Source: a virus (lineage: Duplodnaviria > Caudoviricetes). Taken from it: a stretch of DNA of 64,000 bases. Positions 1-9,340 of the stretch are shown here, piece after piece. A program made the translations under genes and the position numbers. The notes beneath the pieces are model-generated. The model did not search any database. It saw only the letters and a program-made list of their open reading frames with translations, and was not told where the DNA came from. Numbering within the stretch: the first letter of the stretch is position 1; each line of letters opens with the position of its first letter. The stretch lies in the IMG/VR virus record IMGVR_UViG_3300020349_000003, one strand, 5' to 3'.

Positions 1-200
1 TATATTATATTATTATGAATATTAAGATTCTTCCCATCCCATATATCAACATGCCTAGACTTAATAAAATGCTTACCAGTGTATAGGTCAGCAGTTAAGT
101 TAACATCTCTTTTATTTTTCCATGTTGTATGGTTACTTTCAAAAACCATATCAGGGAATGTATCTAATACAGCTCCCTTATATCCATCCCACAAACTCAT
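1..200 (-). CDS. pebS: Phycoerythrobilin synthase (ferredoxin-dependent bilin reductase), 5' part; runs off the window
   Basis: Not in the ORF track. Hand translation from ATG at 200: MSLWDGYKGAVLDTFPDMVFESNHTTWKNKRDVNLTADLYTGKHFIKSRHVDIWDGKNLNIHNNIIY. This matches the phage PebS N-terminal pattern I recall (W..Y..A...TFP, LTA...TG.HF.K.R, I.N.I.YP). ATGA overlap with the upstream stop. Confidence 0.8.
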   Translation of the reverse strand, partial: MSLWDGYKGAVLDTFPDMVFESNHTTWKNKRDVNLTADLYTGKHFIKSRHVDIWDGKNLNIHNNII

Positions 201-2326
201 GCTATTTGCTCCACAAATTTGTTTAAGATAGTTTTGTTGGTCATTTTTGAACCCATATGTTTTTTGAATGCACGAGTTAGTTCTGCTCTAGTTGCTTCTT
301 CACCCTTCTGTTTAACTTCAAGGTCTTGAGTTCCATCACCCATGCCCTGAGAAGGTATGAAGTATGCTTCAGTATAACCTAAAAGTGTAGAAGATGCAAA
401 CTTTTCTTTAGACCATTGCTTCTCCATATTTTCTGCATCACTGAAATCAAGGATACGTGTAGATCTCTTGAGTTCATTTTTGGTACAGATACGAATACCA
501 ACCCAGTTATAATCTGTAATTTCTTTAAAGAAACTAACTATTTCTTTGGATACTAGATATGGACTTGGTTTAAACTCACGAGTATAACCAGTCACACTAT
601 CTCTTAAGATATACTTTTTATTCATACGCATCTGTCTTGAATGAAGACCATTATCATAGTAACCAGAACTATCATCATGGTAGTGCATTTGATTTGCTTC
701 ACCATCAGTCAAACAAACTACATTTATTTTTTGTACCTTTTCAACTTTTCTCATTTGCTCAACAAGTATTCTTGAACACATTACAGCTTCACCAAGAGGA
801 GTACCACCAAGAGTATACTTCTCAACATAAGGTAACCTATGACCGTTCATAGCAAACGCTTGCATATAAACTAACTTCATAGAATTTTCTAAAGACTGCT
901 TATTCTGTTGTGATGAGAAGAACTCTAGAAGTTTAAATCCACTAGTGAATCCAAAAACATTTTTAACTGGTTCTACTGCTGGATGTAAGTTTCCACTTTC
1001 CCATCCATTTTGGAATCCGTAAACCCTAAATGGAATACCTGCTTTCCTACAGAACCATACTAAATTGAAAGTCTGTTTAAGAGTATCCAATAGTATATGG
1101 TTCATAGATCCAGACCAATCAAGGAAGAATACCAATCCGTGATTCTTACCCTCTGGAATTACTGTAACTCTTCTAAAGATATCATCACTCAATCTATACT
1201 TGTATAGAGACTTGGTATCGATAACACCAGTCTTAGATGTTGCTGCTCTCTTATACTCATCAGCAGACTTCTTCATCTCAAACTGCTTTACAAGATAGTT
1301 AACACTACGCTGTGCTTCTTTCTTATATGATTTGAAATGATTCTCAGCATACTCAACGTTATTAAAGTAATAATCGTGGTCACCTTTATCACGACATGCT
1401 CTTCCATAGAATCCTAAATTCAATTCATTCTGAATTGTTTTACAATCTATAAGAACTTTATCAATATCAATCTTAGGTAGATTCAAATAAACATATTCCC
1501 TTTCATCATCACTAACTAAAGTCTCTAATGATTCCTGCAATGCTTTGTCTGTAACACTCTGAGTCTCATCAACACTACCATCAGTTCCACCAGTTATATC
1601 ATCCTCATACATAGCATCTTCTAATTCATCAAGTTGCTGTTCAATTGACTTTTGAGTTTTTGGACTTTCCGATTCTCCTTCACCTTGTCCGTCTTCTTCA
1701 GAATCGATATCAACTTCTTGCTCCATCTCGTTACCAGCAGTAGGATTGTCCCAATCAATATCTATTTGTTCAGGTATCTGTGCTGCTTTCTGGTCTTCTT
1801 TACCTTGTGCCCAATCATATAACTCTCTAGAAAGTTGTAAGACATCATCAAAAGTCTTTGTAGTTGCTACTCTATCAACCCACACTTGCTCATCTTCATT
1901 AAATTCTATTGTATTATTGCCTTTGAAAAATAGATTGATGCGGTCAATAAAAGCAAGGTTATCTATTTCCTCATCACCCACACCGAAGAAATCCTTATGC
2001 CATAGTTCTCTATACCCATCATAGAATGACCGTCTAAGACCTGGATAAGTATGCTTCATCATACGTTCTATACGTGCGTCCTCTACAACGTTCACAAACC
2101 CTTTAGGAGCGTCTATAGGGATGTTAGGAGTGTATAGAGCATGTCCTACTTCATGCCCAACTAGAAGGTCATAAACTGTGTTAGAAGCATCAGTCCATAT
2201 AGGTAAGGTCAAGACACGATTATTAACATCAAACGAGGCTGTCTGTACTTGACGATGCTCAACGGTAAGATCTTCTGTTGCTAGTAGTTTAGCAAGGGTT
2301 CCTTTTACTTCGGTGTTAACTGGCAT
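197..2326 (-). CDS. Zincin-like peptidase + VWA domain protein (CobT-like, conserved in T4-like cyanophages)
   Basis: HEVGH (HEXXH) near the N-terminus, NVVEDARIE, an acidic linker, and VWA MIDAS motifs LDWSGSM, GGTP and LTDG. Confidence 0.8.
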   Translation of the reverse strand: MPVNTEVKGTLAKLLATEDLTVEHRQVQTASFDVNNRVLTLPIWTDASNTVYDLLVGHEVGHALYTPNIPIDAPKGFVNVVEDARIERMMKHTYPGLRRSFYDGYRELWHKDFFGVGDEEIDNLAFIDRINLFFKGNNTIEFNEDEQVWVDRVATTKTFDDVLQLSRELYDWAQGKEDQKAAQIPEQIDIDWDNPTAGNEMEQEVDIDSEEDGQGEGESESPKTQKSIEQQLDELEDAMYEDDITGGTDGSVDETQSVTDKALQESLETLVSDDEREYVYLNLPKIDIDKVLIDCKTIQNELNLGFYGRACRDKGDHDYYFNNVEYAENHFKSYKKEAQRSVNYLVKQFEMKKSADEYKRAATSKTGVIDTKSLYKYRLSDDIFRRVTVIPEGKNHGLVFFLDWSGSMNHILLDTLKQTFNLVWFCRKAGIPFRVYGFQNGWESGNLHPAVEPVKNVFGFTSGFKLLEFFSSQQNKQSLENSMKLVYMQAFAMNGHRLPYVEKYTLGGTPLGEAVMCSRILVEQMRKVEKVQKINVVCLTDGEANQMHYHDDSSGYYDNGLHSRQMRMNKKYILRDSVTGYTREFKPSPYLVSKEIVSFFKEITDYNWVGIRICTKNELKRSTRILDFSDAENMEKQWSKEKFASSTLLGYTEAYFIPSQGMGDGTQDLEVKQKGEEATRAELTRAFKKHMGSKMTNKTILNKFVEQIA

Positions 2327-2564
2327 TGTTTTCCTCTGATGTACCTATCATAGCACCAACAGCAAGAGTGTCAGGTGACAAGGTGACAGTTTGTTGACTG
2401 TCACCCCAGTGTCTTATGACCCCTGCAATAATAAAACAGTTAGTGACGAGATAAGATACGAAAATAATAGAACGTACCAGAACAACGTAGCTGTCGTAGG
2501 GTTCAGTTTTTTCGTCAGAGAAGCTACCCAGTGCATACTTCCATATCCTCCATAGTTTAATCAT
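2316..2564 (-). CDS. Small conserved cyanophage membrane protein
   Basis: WRIWKYALGSFSDEKT followed by a hydrophobic segment ending in VIRHW; ATGA overlap with the purS stop. Confidence 0.65.
   Translation of the reverse strand: MIKLWRIWKYALGSFSDEKTEPYDSYVVLVRSIIFVSYLVTNCFIIAGVIRHWGDSQQTVTLSPDTLAVGAMIGTSEENNAS
2347..2405 (-). promoter_or_regulatory. Early sigma70-type promoter with upstream inverted repeat
   Basis: Minus strand reads GGTGACAGT-caacaa-ACTGTCACC (2382-2405), CTGACA (2369-2374), a 16-nt spacer, TGC-TATGAT (2347-2355), then a GAGGA SD before the peptidase ATG. Confidence 0.65.
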
Positions 2565-2881
2565 TCAAATAAATGATGTTTTGATGTGCCAGCATTATCA
2601 TTTGATATATTTCCAATGCCAGTCTCTTCTGTTTCACAGAGTTCATAACTCCAATCTTCTATTACAGTATTTGATAAAAACAAATCACTAAGAGTATATA
2701 ACTCCTTCTCTGCTGTTTCATAGTCTGGTGCGTCAAACCAAAAATCAATACACTTACCAATTCTCAATAGATGAGGTTCAATAGAAGGAGCAATTCTTTG
2801 CGTATTATTCATTACTGCATTACCAGCAGCATCAGATACAGAACCTCTCAACCTAACATTAACTAGTGCTTTAAATCTCAT
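2561..2881 (-). CDS. purS: Phosphoribosylformylglycinamidine synthase PurS subunit (AMG)
   Basis: V.LR.SV.D..G.AV, RIGK.I and LSNTVIEDW match the PurS signature; purM is also in the window. Confidence 0.85.
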   Translation of the reverse strand: MRFKALVNVRLRGSVSDAAGNAVMNNTQRIAPSIEPHLLRIGKCIDFWFDAPDYETAEKELYTLSDLFLSNTVIEDWSYELCETEETGIGNISNDNAGTSKHHLFE

Positions 2882-4596
2882 TATTCCTCCTCAATTAATT
2901 TAGAAAAATCATTCATCTTTTCAAATCTAAGACAACGCTTAAACTTATCAATAAGTAAATCACCTTTATGTGAGATAACAAATAGATTAGTACCTCCCCC
3001 TAACTTTAAAAGTATAGAAAGTAATTCACCTGTAGCAGAAGCATCAAGAGAACTATCAAATACTTCATCGAGTATAAGGAGATTGGTGGCAGCAGAGTTC
3101 TTCATACGTGCAACCTCTCTCCATGTGAATAGAAGTGCCAGATCTATCTTCTGCTTCTCACCCTCAGAGAATGATGCATAAGAAAACTCATCACGAAAAC
3201 GTGACTTGATTACTTCATTAAACTCCTCATCCAGTGTGAAGTTAACAAAGAAATCCATTGTGTGAAGATACTTGTTGATAAGGTTATTGAATACGGGAAT
3301 GTATTTCTTAATAACCTGCTTCTTAATTCCAGAGTCTTTTAATAAAGATGATACTACTTGGAATTCATCCAACAACTTACTTATACCACTACACTCATCC
3401 TGTACTTTTTCCAAATCATCTGAAAGTTCTTTAAGTATCTTTTTCTCTTCATCAAGCTTAGGACTCTTCTGTTGGTTAAGTTCTTTATCGATACCCAAAT
3501 TTTCCTTTTCCAATCTAACAATATCACGGTCTAAAGATGATATTTCACTACGCAACTCATACAATTCTGCACAAATTCTTTCGAGTTCATCTATAAGTTC
3601 CAGAGTTTTCTTAATATTATCTTCATATTTTTTACCATCATTAGTCAATGCCACTCCACTAGTGGTTAAACATCCCATTCTAGTTTCTTTAAACCCATCA
3701 GATATCTCTTGTGTACATGTAGGACACTCATCATGAGTCTCAAGAAACTTAATTTCTTTAGTTAGTCTTTTTAATTCGGTTTTTGTTTGAGTTTGCTTGT
3801 CTCGCAAGGCTTGTAATTCATCCCTATGTGTTTCTAAACCACTACATGACTTCTCTAAAGACACCTTACACTCTATTTTTAATTGTTTTTGCTTTTCTTT
3901 TTCTTTCACTTTAGTTATATTTTCCTTGTATTTGTCTTTCTTTTCTTGGTTTCTAATTGACTTTAGATCTTTTAAAGAATTAATTAACTTTTCCTGTGAG
4001 AAAACTCTCTCTTCAGCAATGCTTTTTAAATAAATAGTGTCTTTGTTTTTTGAATTTGTACTACGAACTCTCTCTTTAAGGAGAGTATTCATGTTTGAGA
4101 AGACCTTGATGTCCAATAGATCTTCGATAACTTCTCTACGGACAGGGGCGTTGAGTTGCATGAAGGGGACAAATGTGGATGAACCAAGAATGACGACCTG
4201 TGTGAAACTCTTGAAATTAAGTTTGAGGACTGTCTGTTCGAGGTACTTTTGTGTGTCTTTGGTGGCAGCATCTTGATCAATGAATTTGTTATTTTTATAT
4301 ATCTCAAAGAGATTTGGTTTTACTCCTCTGAAGACTCTATACTCATCTTTACCTATAGAGAAACAAACCTCAACTTTTAGTCCTTTCTCATTAATACTAT
4401 TAACAAGTTGACCTCTATTAATTTTACGAAAAGGTTTATTGAATAAAGCAAAGCACAGGGCATCTAACATAGTAGATTTCCCTGCACCATTCGTACCTAC
4501 AATAAGTGTAGATGCACTATCATTCAATTGTATCTCAGTCCATTGGTCACCAGTGGAAAGAAAGTTCTTCCACTTAATGCTCTCAAAGGTAATCAT
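2881..4596 (-). CDS. g46: Recombination endonuclease subunit gp46 (Rad50/SbcC-like)
   Basis: Walker A GTNGAGKS, CPTC zinc hook, FSEGE signature, LILDEVFD; adjacent to g47. Confidence 0.97.
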   Translation of the reverse strand: MITFESIKWKNFLSTGDQWTEIQLNDSASTLIVGTNGAGKSTMLDALCFALFNKPFRKINRGQLVNSINEKGLKVEVCFSIGKDEYRVFRGVKPNLFEIYKNNKFIDQDAATKDTQKYLEQTVLKLNFKSFTQVVILGSSTFVPFMQLNAPVRREVIEDLLDIKVFSNMNTLLKERVRSTNSKNKDTIYLKSIAEERVFSQEKLINSLKDLKSIRNQEKKDKYKENITKVKEKEKQKQLKIECKVSLEKSCSGLETHRDELQALRDKQTQTKTELKRLTKEIKFLETHDECPTCTQEISDGFKETRMGCLTTSGVALTNDGKKYEDNIKKTLELIDELERICAELYELRSEISSLDRDIVRLEKENLGIDKELNQQKSPKLDEEKKILKELSDDLEKVQDECSGISKLLDEFQVVSSLLKDSGIKKQVIKKYIPVFNNLINKYLHTMDFFVNFTLDEEFNEVIKSRFRDEFSYASFSEGEKQKIDLALLFTWREVARMKNSAATNLLILDEVFDSSLDASATGELLSILLKLGGGTNLFVISHKGDLLIDKFKRCLRFEKMNDFSKLIEEE

Positions 4597-4862
4597 TCTT
4601 TAGGTTCGGTAATAATTGGAGGTAAAATTAAATCGTCTCTAGTGACTATAGCATATGCATACCCAAATTTGTCACAATTAACGGCAACAGCATCAACATC
4701 TATTTCCAGTAATTCCAACTTCTTCTTATAGTCTTGTTCATTTAACTGATACAAATATCTTTTAGCATCATCCTCTTCTTCAAACATGTGAACAGTTTTA
4801 ACGTTCTCATTATTTGGAAGAGCATAGACACCACCAGTATCCTTTTCAGTCAGAATAAACAT
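4593..4862 (-). CDS. DUF3110-like conserved protein
   Basis: MFEEEDDAKRY...C...GY motif; conserved position between g47 and g46 in cyanomyoviruses. Confidence 0.7.
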   Translation of the reverse strand: MFILTEKDTGGVYALPNNENVKTVHMFEEEDDAKRYLYQLNEQDYKKKLELLEIDVDAVAVNCDKFGYAYAIVTRDDLILPPIITEPKE

Positions 4863-5893
4863 TAGAGTTCGGATGCTTCCATGTAAAGAGATCTCATAAT
4901 ATTTTTAATATTACTTTTATCAACCTTAAGTTCTATATCATCTATGTAGTTGTCCAATAGAGTAATGGTGTCTTCGGTCTCTACGACCACATCACCACCT
5001 TCTATGTCAACACTAAGATCTTCTACAATCTTAAGGTCAGCAAGTCCGATGTCTTGAAGCTGTCTGACAAAGTAATCAAATTTAGTATAGTCACCCTTAT
5101 CCTCTACTATGAGTTTGACAAAGGTTCCTTTGATTTCTTCTTCATTCGGTAGTACAACTCCATTATTATAATACAACTTATGAAAAGTGTCAAAGGGATT
5201 TCTATAAAAAGTAGTTCGGAGAGTTTCTGTATCAAAGACATGGAACCCTCTTTTTTGTCCGTAGTCATTCCAGTATAGTTGATAGGGGTTACCAAGATAA
5301 TAACAATTATTCTTATTAGATTTAGTATGGTAGTGACCAGAGAATACCTTATTGAACTTACTAAAGATATTCATATCAATACCCTTATCCATTACATGAC
5401 CTGGATGAGCTTCAAAGCCGTTAAGCTCAAGATGGCCCATACAGACAGGTGCAGTACTTTCTGTGATGCTTCGTAAGGTTCTGTCGTAGTTCTCATCACA
5501 TATCCAAGGGAGAAATAGAATATCAGTACCGTCATAATTACGGGTGGTAGGTTCATCGATGACATCTATATCGTATCCTCCGAGCAACTCTTCTGGTGAG
5601 TTAATTCTTAATGTGTTCTTATAATATATGTCGTGATTGCCAATCAAGGCAGTCATCTTACATCCCAATTCTTTAACAGGGTCAAACCACATCTCCTTCG
5701 CTGCTTCCAGAGACATGTAGTTAATAGATCTACGCTTATCAAACGTATCTCCTAAATTTATTATCTCCTTAATACCCGATGCTTTAATAAAAGGTATTAC
5801 GATGTTACTATAGAACTTCCTATAGTGCTCAACGAAATGGAGATTGTCATTACGAACACCAAAGTGTTGATCTGTTATGAGTAAGATCTTCAT
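4862..5893 (-). CDS. g47: Recombination endonuclease subunit gp47 (Mre11-like)
   Basis: Phosphoesterase motifs TDQHFG, LGDTFD, GNHD and SGHYH. Confidence 0.97.
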   Translation of the reverse strand: MKILLITDQHFGVRNDNLHFVEHYRKFYSNIVIPFIKASGIKEIINLGDTFDKRRSINYMSLEAAKEMWFDPVKELGCKMTALIGNHDIYYKNTLRINSPEELLGGYDIDVIDEPTTRNYDGTDILFLPWICDENYDRTLRSITESTAPVCMGHLELNGFEAHPGHVMDKGIDMNIFSKFNKVFSGHYHTKSNKNNCYYLGNPYQLYWNDYGQKRGFHVFDTETLRTTFYRNPFDTFHKLYYNNGVVLPNEEEIKGTFVKLIVEDKGDYTKFDYFVRQLQDIGLADLKIVEDLSVDIEGGDVVVETEDTITLLDNYIDDIELKVDKSNIKNIMRSLYMEASEL

Positions 5894-6360
5894 CTCTTGG
5901 TATTCATTTCTACACGATTTTTTATCTGTGCATAATCTGCATGAGCTTCACCATCAACTGAGAAGACATGTTCATACCCAGACTTCTCAAGTATCTTATC
6001 TTTGATATCCATCTGACGTTTCTCTTTAGCAATACGTCTTAGGAATGCATAGTAAACTATCTGTGTAAAATAAGCAAAGGGGTTCTTACTTTTAGCAGGA
6101 TCAAAATTATCTATGTACTGTATACAATTCTCTATACCATCACAAACCATATCATCCTTATACATGTAGTTGATAAAGTTTGGTCTGTATGATAAGTGTT
6201 GTGCTATTTTTAAGAAGCACCCTCCAATGTAATTACTGACACGAGGTTTGGGAAGACCTTTCTCTTGAGCAATAATAACTTTGTCTTTGTACTTTACGAT
6301 AGCAGCAAGGAACTCAGCATTATTTACATAATGTTCTTTCTTTTTTGCGACTCTCCTCAT
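5890..6360 (-). CDS. g55: Late transcription sigma factor gp55
   Basis: HYVNNAEFL, IAQHLSYRPNFINYMY and NPFAYFTQI. Start moved to ATG 6360 because the longer ORF begins inside the -35 box of its own promoter. Confidence 0.96.
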   Translation of the reverse strand: MRRVAKKKEHYVNNAEFLAAIVKYKDKVIIAQEKGLPKPRVSNYIGGCFLKIAQHLSYRPNFINYMYKDDMVCDGIENCIQYIDNFDPAKSKNPFAYFTQIVYYAFLRRIAKEKRQMDIKDKILEKSGYEHVFSVDGEAHADYAQIKNRVEMNTKR

Positions 6361-6382
6361 ATGCGTATCCTGTATTGAGTAT

Positions 6383-6411
6383 ATTATACTAAGGCTTGAC
6401 AAGTTTGTCAA
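6383..6411 (-). promoter_or_regulatory. Consensus sigma70 promoter for g55-g47-g46
   Basis: TTGACA (6406-6411), 17 nt, TATAAT (6383-6388) on the minus strand. Confidence 0.9.
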
Positions 6412-6424
6412 TCGTGAGTAGGAT
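6396..6424 (+). promoter_or_regulatory. Putative overlapping divergent (antisense) sigma70 promoter
   Basis: TTGACA (6396-6401), 17 nt, TAGGAT (6419-6424) on the plus strand. Confidence 0.5.
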
Positions 6425-6453
6425 AACCATGTTAAGGGTTCAGGGATAAAGTA

Positions 6454-6918
6454 TCAGCTTTTATATAACTTCTCGAATACCTGTCGGGCTTTATTTATTT
6501 TTCCTACAAACCCTTGTGTGTTATCTATATCTGTCTTGCGTCGTGCCGTGCGTTTGTCTTTTATTTCCTGAGTCTCATCATCATCTTTTCTATCAGCATA
6601 TTCATCTATTAAAAATTTCTCGTACATACTTATAATATGTTTACTCATAGAAGCAACACTAAGAATATCTTTTTCACGTACAATAAAAAACTCTTCATCT
6701 GATAACATCATCCACCGATGAAATCCCAATCCTCTCATAATCTTACCCTTACCTAGATCTTGGTTGATGGGTTGTATACAAACTGGGTCTTGTAAAAATG
6801 CTAACGTCTCTTGACAATTTTCTTCATTAGTCAATACTGCTTTAGCTAATACCTCTTCTCCACTAACGAGTTTAAACACTCCGTGGAATTCTTCTTCATG
6901 TTTAGCATAGTTAATCAT
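6454..6918 (-). CDS. Conserved T4-like cyanophage protein (Sm-like N-terminus)
   Basis: FKLVSGEEVLAK motif; conserved uvsW-g55 position. Confidence 0.75.
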   Translation of the reverse strand: MINYAKHEEEFHGVFKLVSGEEVLAKAVLTNEENCQETLAFLQDPVCIQPINQDLGKGKIMRGLGFHRWMMLSDEEFFIVREKDILSVASMSKHIISMYEKFLIDEYADRKDDDETQEIKDKRTARRKTDIDNTQGFVGKINKARQVFEKLYKS

Positions 6919-8380
6919 AAGATTTGAGTTTGATTTCTACAAGTTCATAATTAAAATTTTCTTCTTTGTAAATTTTAAGTCTCTCAAAGAGATGAAGGAG
7001 AGTATAGTTCTTTCCATTATCTCTAGTAATGTCGTCAGCAATATCATATAATGTTGCTACTTCTTTTCCCCTATACTGTCGAAGTACCCTCCCGATAGAT
7101 TGGAGGTTACGGACTCTGGACTTACTTGGGGAGGCGAAGACGAGGTTGTGCAACCGTTTAATGTTAACCCCAGTACTGAAAGTGCCATAACTGGCAACAA
7201 TAATTGCATTCGTTTCATTTTCAACTAGACTCCGTATATGTTCTCGGTCATCGACATCCACTCCACCATAAACTAAATGTACTGGTCTGTCGGTATGACT
7301 ATTTATCATCTCATACAAAGGTAGCCCGTGCTTCTCAACATAGTTGAATAGTACCAATGTGTTTCCCTTAAGGTCACACGCTAAGTTACGGATAAATTTA
7401 TTACGTTGTTCATGTTCTACAAGGTAATCCATTTCATCTTGATACCCATCAAAGATCTGTTCATCATGTTTAAGTACAAGAACTTTTACTTTTAACTTGG
7501 CTACATGTCCCTTCTCCATCAACTCAGATGTCTTAGTAACCTTGGAACATTTACCAAACACACCTTCTAATACTAGTTGATTAGTATCTGAACCATCTAA
7601 CGTACCAGTAAATCCAATACGATATTTACATCCGTGTAACTTAGACATTAATTTAGTAAGTGATTTAGCTTTAAATAGATGAGCCTCATCACCAATTACA
7701 ACATCAAACTTATCAAAAAATTTTCTTGGTTCCTTATATAAGGACTGCCAAGTTGATATAACTACATCATGGTCTGTATATTTTTCTTCTCCAGCGTATA
7801 TTTTATGGCAGTGATACTCAGCGTTCCAACCATACTGTGTAAAATCTTTATACATTTGCTCGACAAGAGACGTAGTTGGTACTATAATAAGTACAGTCCT
7901 CTTAACATTTACATGGAACCGAACTAATGCATAAATCATTAATGATTTCCCGCTTGCAGTTGGCGACAATAGGAGTCTTCTGTTGTATTTTAGGCACTCG
8001 TATATTGCTGCGTATTGGTAATCACGAGCCTTCACAGGAAGCTTCAAAGCTCGAACAAATTGAACTACAGACTGAGGGGTTACCAGAGAGTTCTCTTCCT
8101 TGGGATGTCCAAAGTATTGAGATTCCAAATACTCAACCTGATACCCTCGGTCCTTTGCCCAGTCAGTTAGATAATTTATTAAACCGCAATAAATTTCCCC
8201 AGTAGCAGGAGAATATAATCTTACTTTACCATCCCAACCTTTGTATCTCCTCGTCTTCTGCATGTACTTTGCAGAGGGAATTTCAAAGGTAAAATATTCT
8301 GCTGCCTCTTTGTGGAGATGAGGCTCAGCATGCACTTTTAAATAAACTTCGTTCTTCTTCTGAATAACGAGATCTGCCAT
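6911..8380 (-). CDS. uvsW: UvsW RNA-DNA/DNA-DNA helicase
   Basis: SPTASGKS, GDEAH, TGT and QSIGRVLR SF2 motifs. Confidence 0.97.
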   Translation of the reverse strand: MADLVIQKKNEVYLKVHAEPHLHKEAAEYFTFEIPSAKYMQKTRRYKGWDGKVRLYSPATGEIYCGLINYLTDWAKDRGYQVEYLESQYFGHPKEENSLVTPQSVVQFVRALKLPVKARDYQYAAIYECLKYNRRLLLSPTASGKSLMIYALVRFHVNVKRTVLIIVPTTSLVEQMYKDFTQYGWNAEYHCHKIYAGEEKYTDHDVVISTWQSLYKEPRKFFDKFDVVIGDEAHLFKAKSLTKLMSKLHGCKYRIGFTGTLDGSDTNQLVLEGVFGKCSKVTKTSELMEKGHVAKLKVKVLVLKHDEQIFDGYQDEMDYLVEHEQRNKFIRNLACDLKGNTLVLFNYVEKHGLPLYEMINSHTDRPVHLVYGGVDVDDREHIRSLVENETNAIIVASYGTFSTGVNIKRLHNLVFASPSKSRVRNLQSIGRVLRQYRGKEVATLYDIADDITRDNGKNYTLLHLFERLKIYKEENFNYELVEIKLKSYD

Positions 8381-8383
8381 GAT

Positions 8384-8812
8384 TTACATTCCACTTTGAA
8401 ATCTCTCCCACTCAATAGCATTTTTAATTTGGTAGTTACGGCCATTGATTTGACGCAACACACCATCAAGAAAGAAGATCGTTTGTTCTATATAGTCAAT
8501 CTTCAGTTGTAGCTTTCTGACCTCATCATCAGCAGCAATAAACATTTTAATCTCATCGTTTGTAGTAAGTTTTAAATCAAACGGTGCTGTTTTGTATATG
8601 CTTGTTGATGATTTACCCTTATAATATATCCATTTATCTCTAACCATCATTCTCATTTCAGACTCTCTATCTTTTTTCATTAGAGAGAACGTATTAAAAA
8701 ACTCCATATAACGCATATGGAGTTGAGGTATCCTTACAGATTCTTCACCATACTTATCAGGATCTATTATACTATCTTCCTTCCACATGGTTTGAAGTTG
8801 TTCAAGATTCAT
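8384..8812 (-). CDS. uvsY: UvsY recombination mediator
   Basis: W..DS.ID, IPQLH.RY and R.YQIKNAIEW..F..G; adjacent to uvsW. Confidence 0.93.
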   Translation of the reverse strand: MNLEQLQTMWKEDSIIDPDKYGEESVRIPQLHMRYMEFFNTFSLMKKDRESEMRMMVRDKWIYYKGKSSTSIYKTAPFDLKLTTNDEIKMFIAADDEVRKLQLKIDYIEQTIFFLDGVLRQINGRNYQIKNAIEWERFQSGM

Positions 8813-8991
8813 ATATCTAAACTCAATTGAATGTTAGTAGTAAACCTATCATAGGTTATATCATTAGTATGGCAATACATATTAAACACTTTTTTCATTT
8901 CATCATGAGAGAGACTACAATGTTTTGCTGCTTGAGGTATGTTCCACTTAGCAGCAAATAGCATTTTAATAGCATACGTTTGTTCTTTCAA
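8809..8991 (-). CDS. Small conserved hypothetical protein (possible HTH)
   Basis: LFAAKWNIPQAAKHCSLS; stop/start overlaps with both neighbours. Confidence 0.7.
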   Translation of the reverse strand: MKEQTYAIKMLFAAKWNIPQAAKHCSLSHDEMKKVFNMYCHTNDITYDRFTTNIQLSLDI

Positions 8992-9272
8992 ATACCTTGG
9001 TCTTTAGTCTTAGCAAAGAACTCTTGCATTGAAGAAGATACATCAGGTGGTTCTGGATGTTTATACCCCTTTATCTTCATCCATTCGTTATGCATCGCTT
9101 GCATATGCCATGATTGAGCAAGACTCTTAGGACCATTGTCCAATAATTCTCTTTGAGTTTTGCCAAGTATTTTCATACCTGCATACTCTTGCCTCCAATT
9201 AGAATCATCCCATTCAGTTTTATACGTTCTTTCTGGGACGTGTTCCTTTCCAACTTTTTTTCGCATTGACAC
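8988..9272 (-). CDS. Conserved hypothetical cyanophage protein
   Basis: WDDSNWRQEY...GPKSLAQSW; GGAGGT SD upstream; start is 9272 (GTG) or 9266 (ATG). Confidence 0.75.
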   Translation of the reverse strand: MSMRKKVGKEHVPERTYKTEWDDSNWRQEYAGMKILGKTQRELLDNGPKSLAQSWHMQAMHNEWMKIKGYKHPEPPDVSSSMQEFFAKTKDQGI

Positions 9273-9340
9273 TAAGATACCTCCTATACCACATTATGTA
9301 TAGACTCTAATACCTTAACACAAATTTAAAATTATTGCAA

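Noticed and set aside
4089-4307. +1-frame ORF over a C-ending codon patch in g46
   Set aside because: Low-complexity Ser-rich product with no clear SD; a conserved or recombined patch is a simpler explanation.
9314-9332. Pho-box-like TTAA pair with 11-bp spacing
   Set aside because: Only two imperfect units in AT-rich DNA, with no phosphate-related gene nearby.
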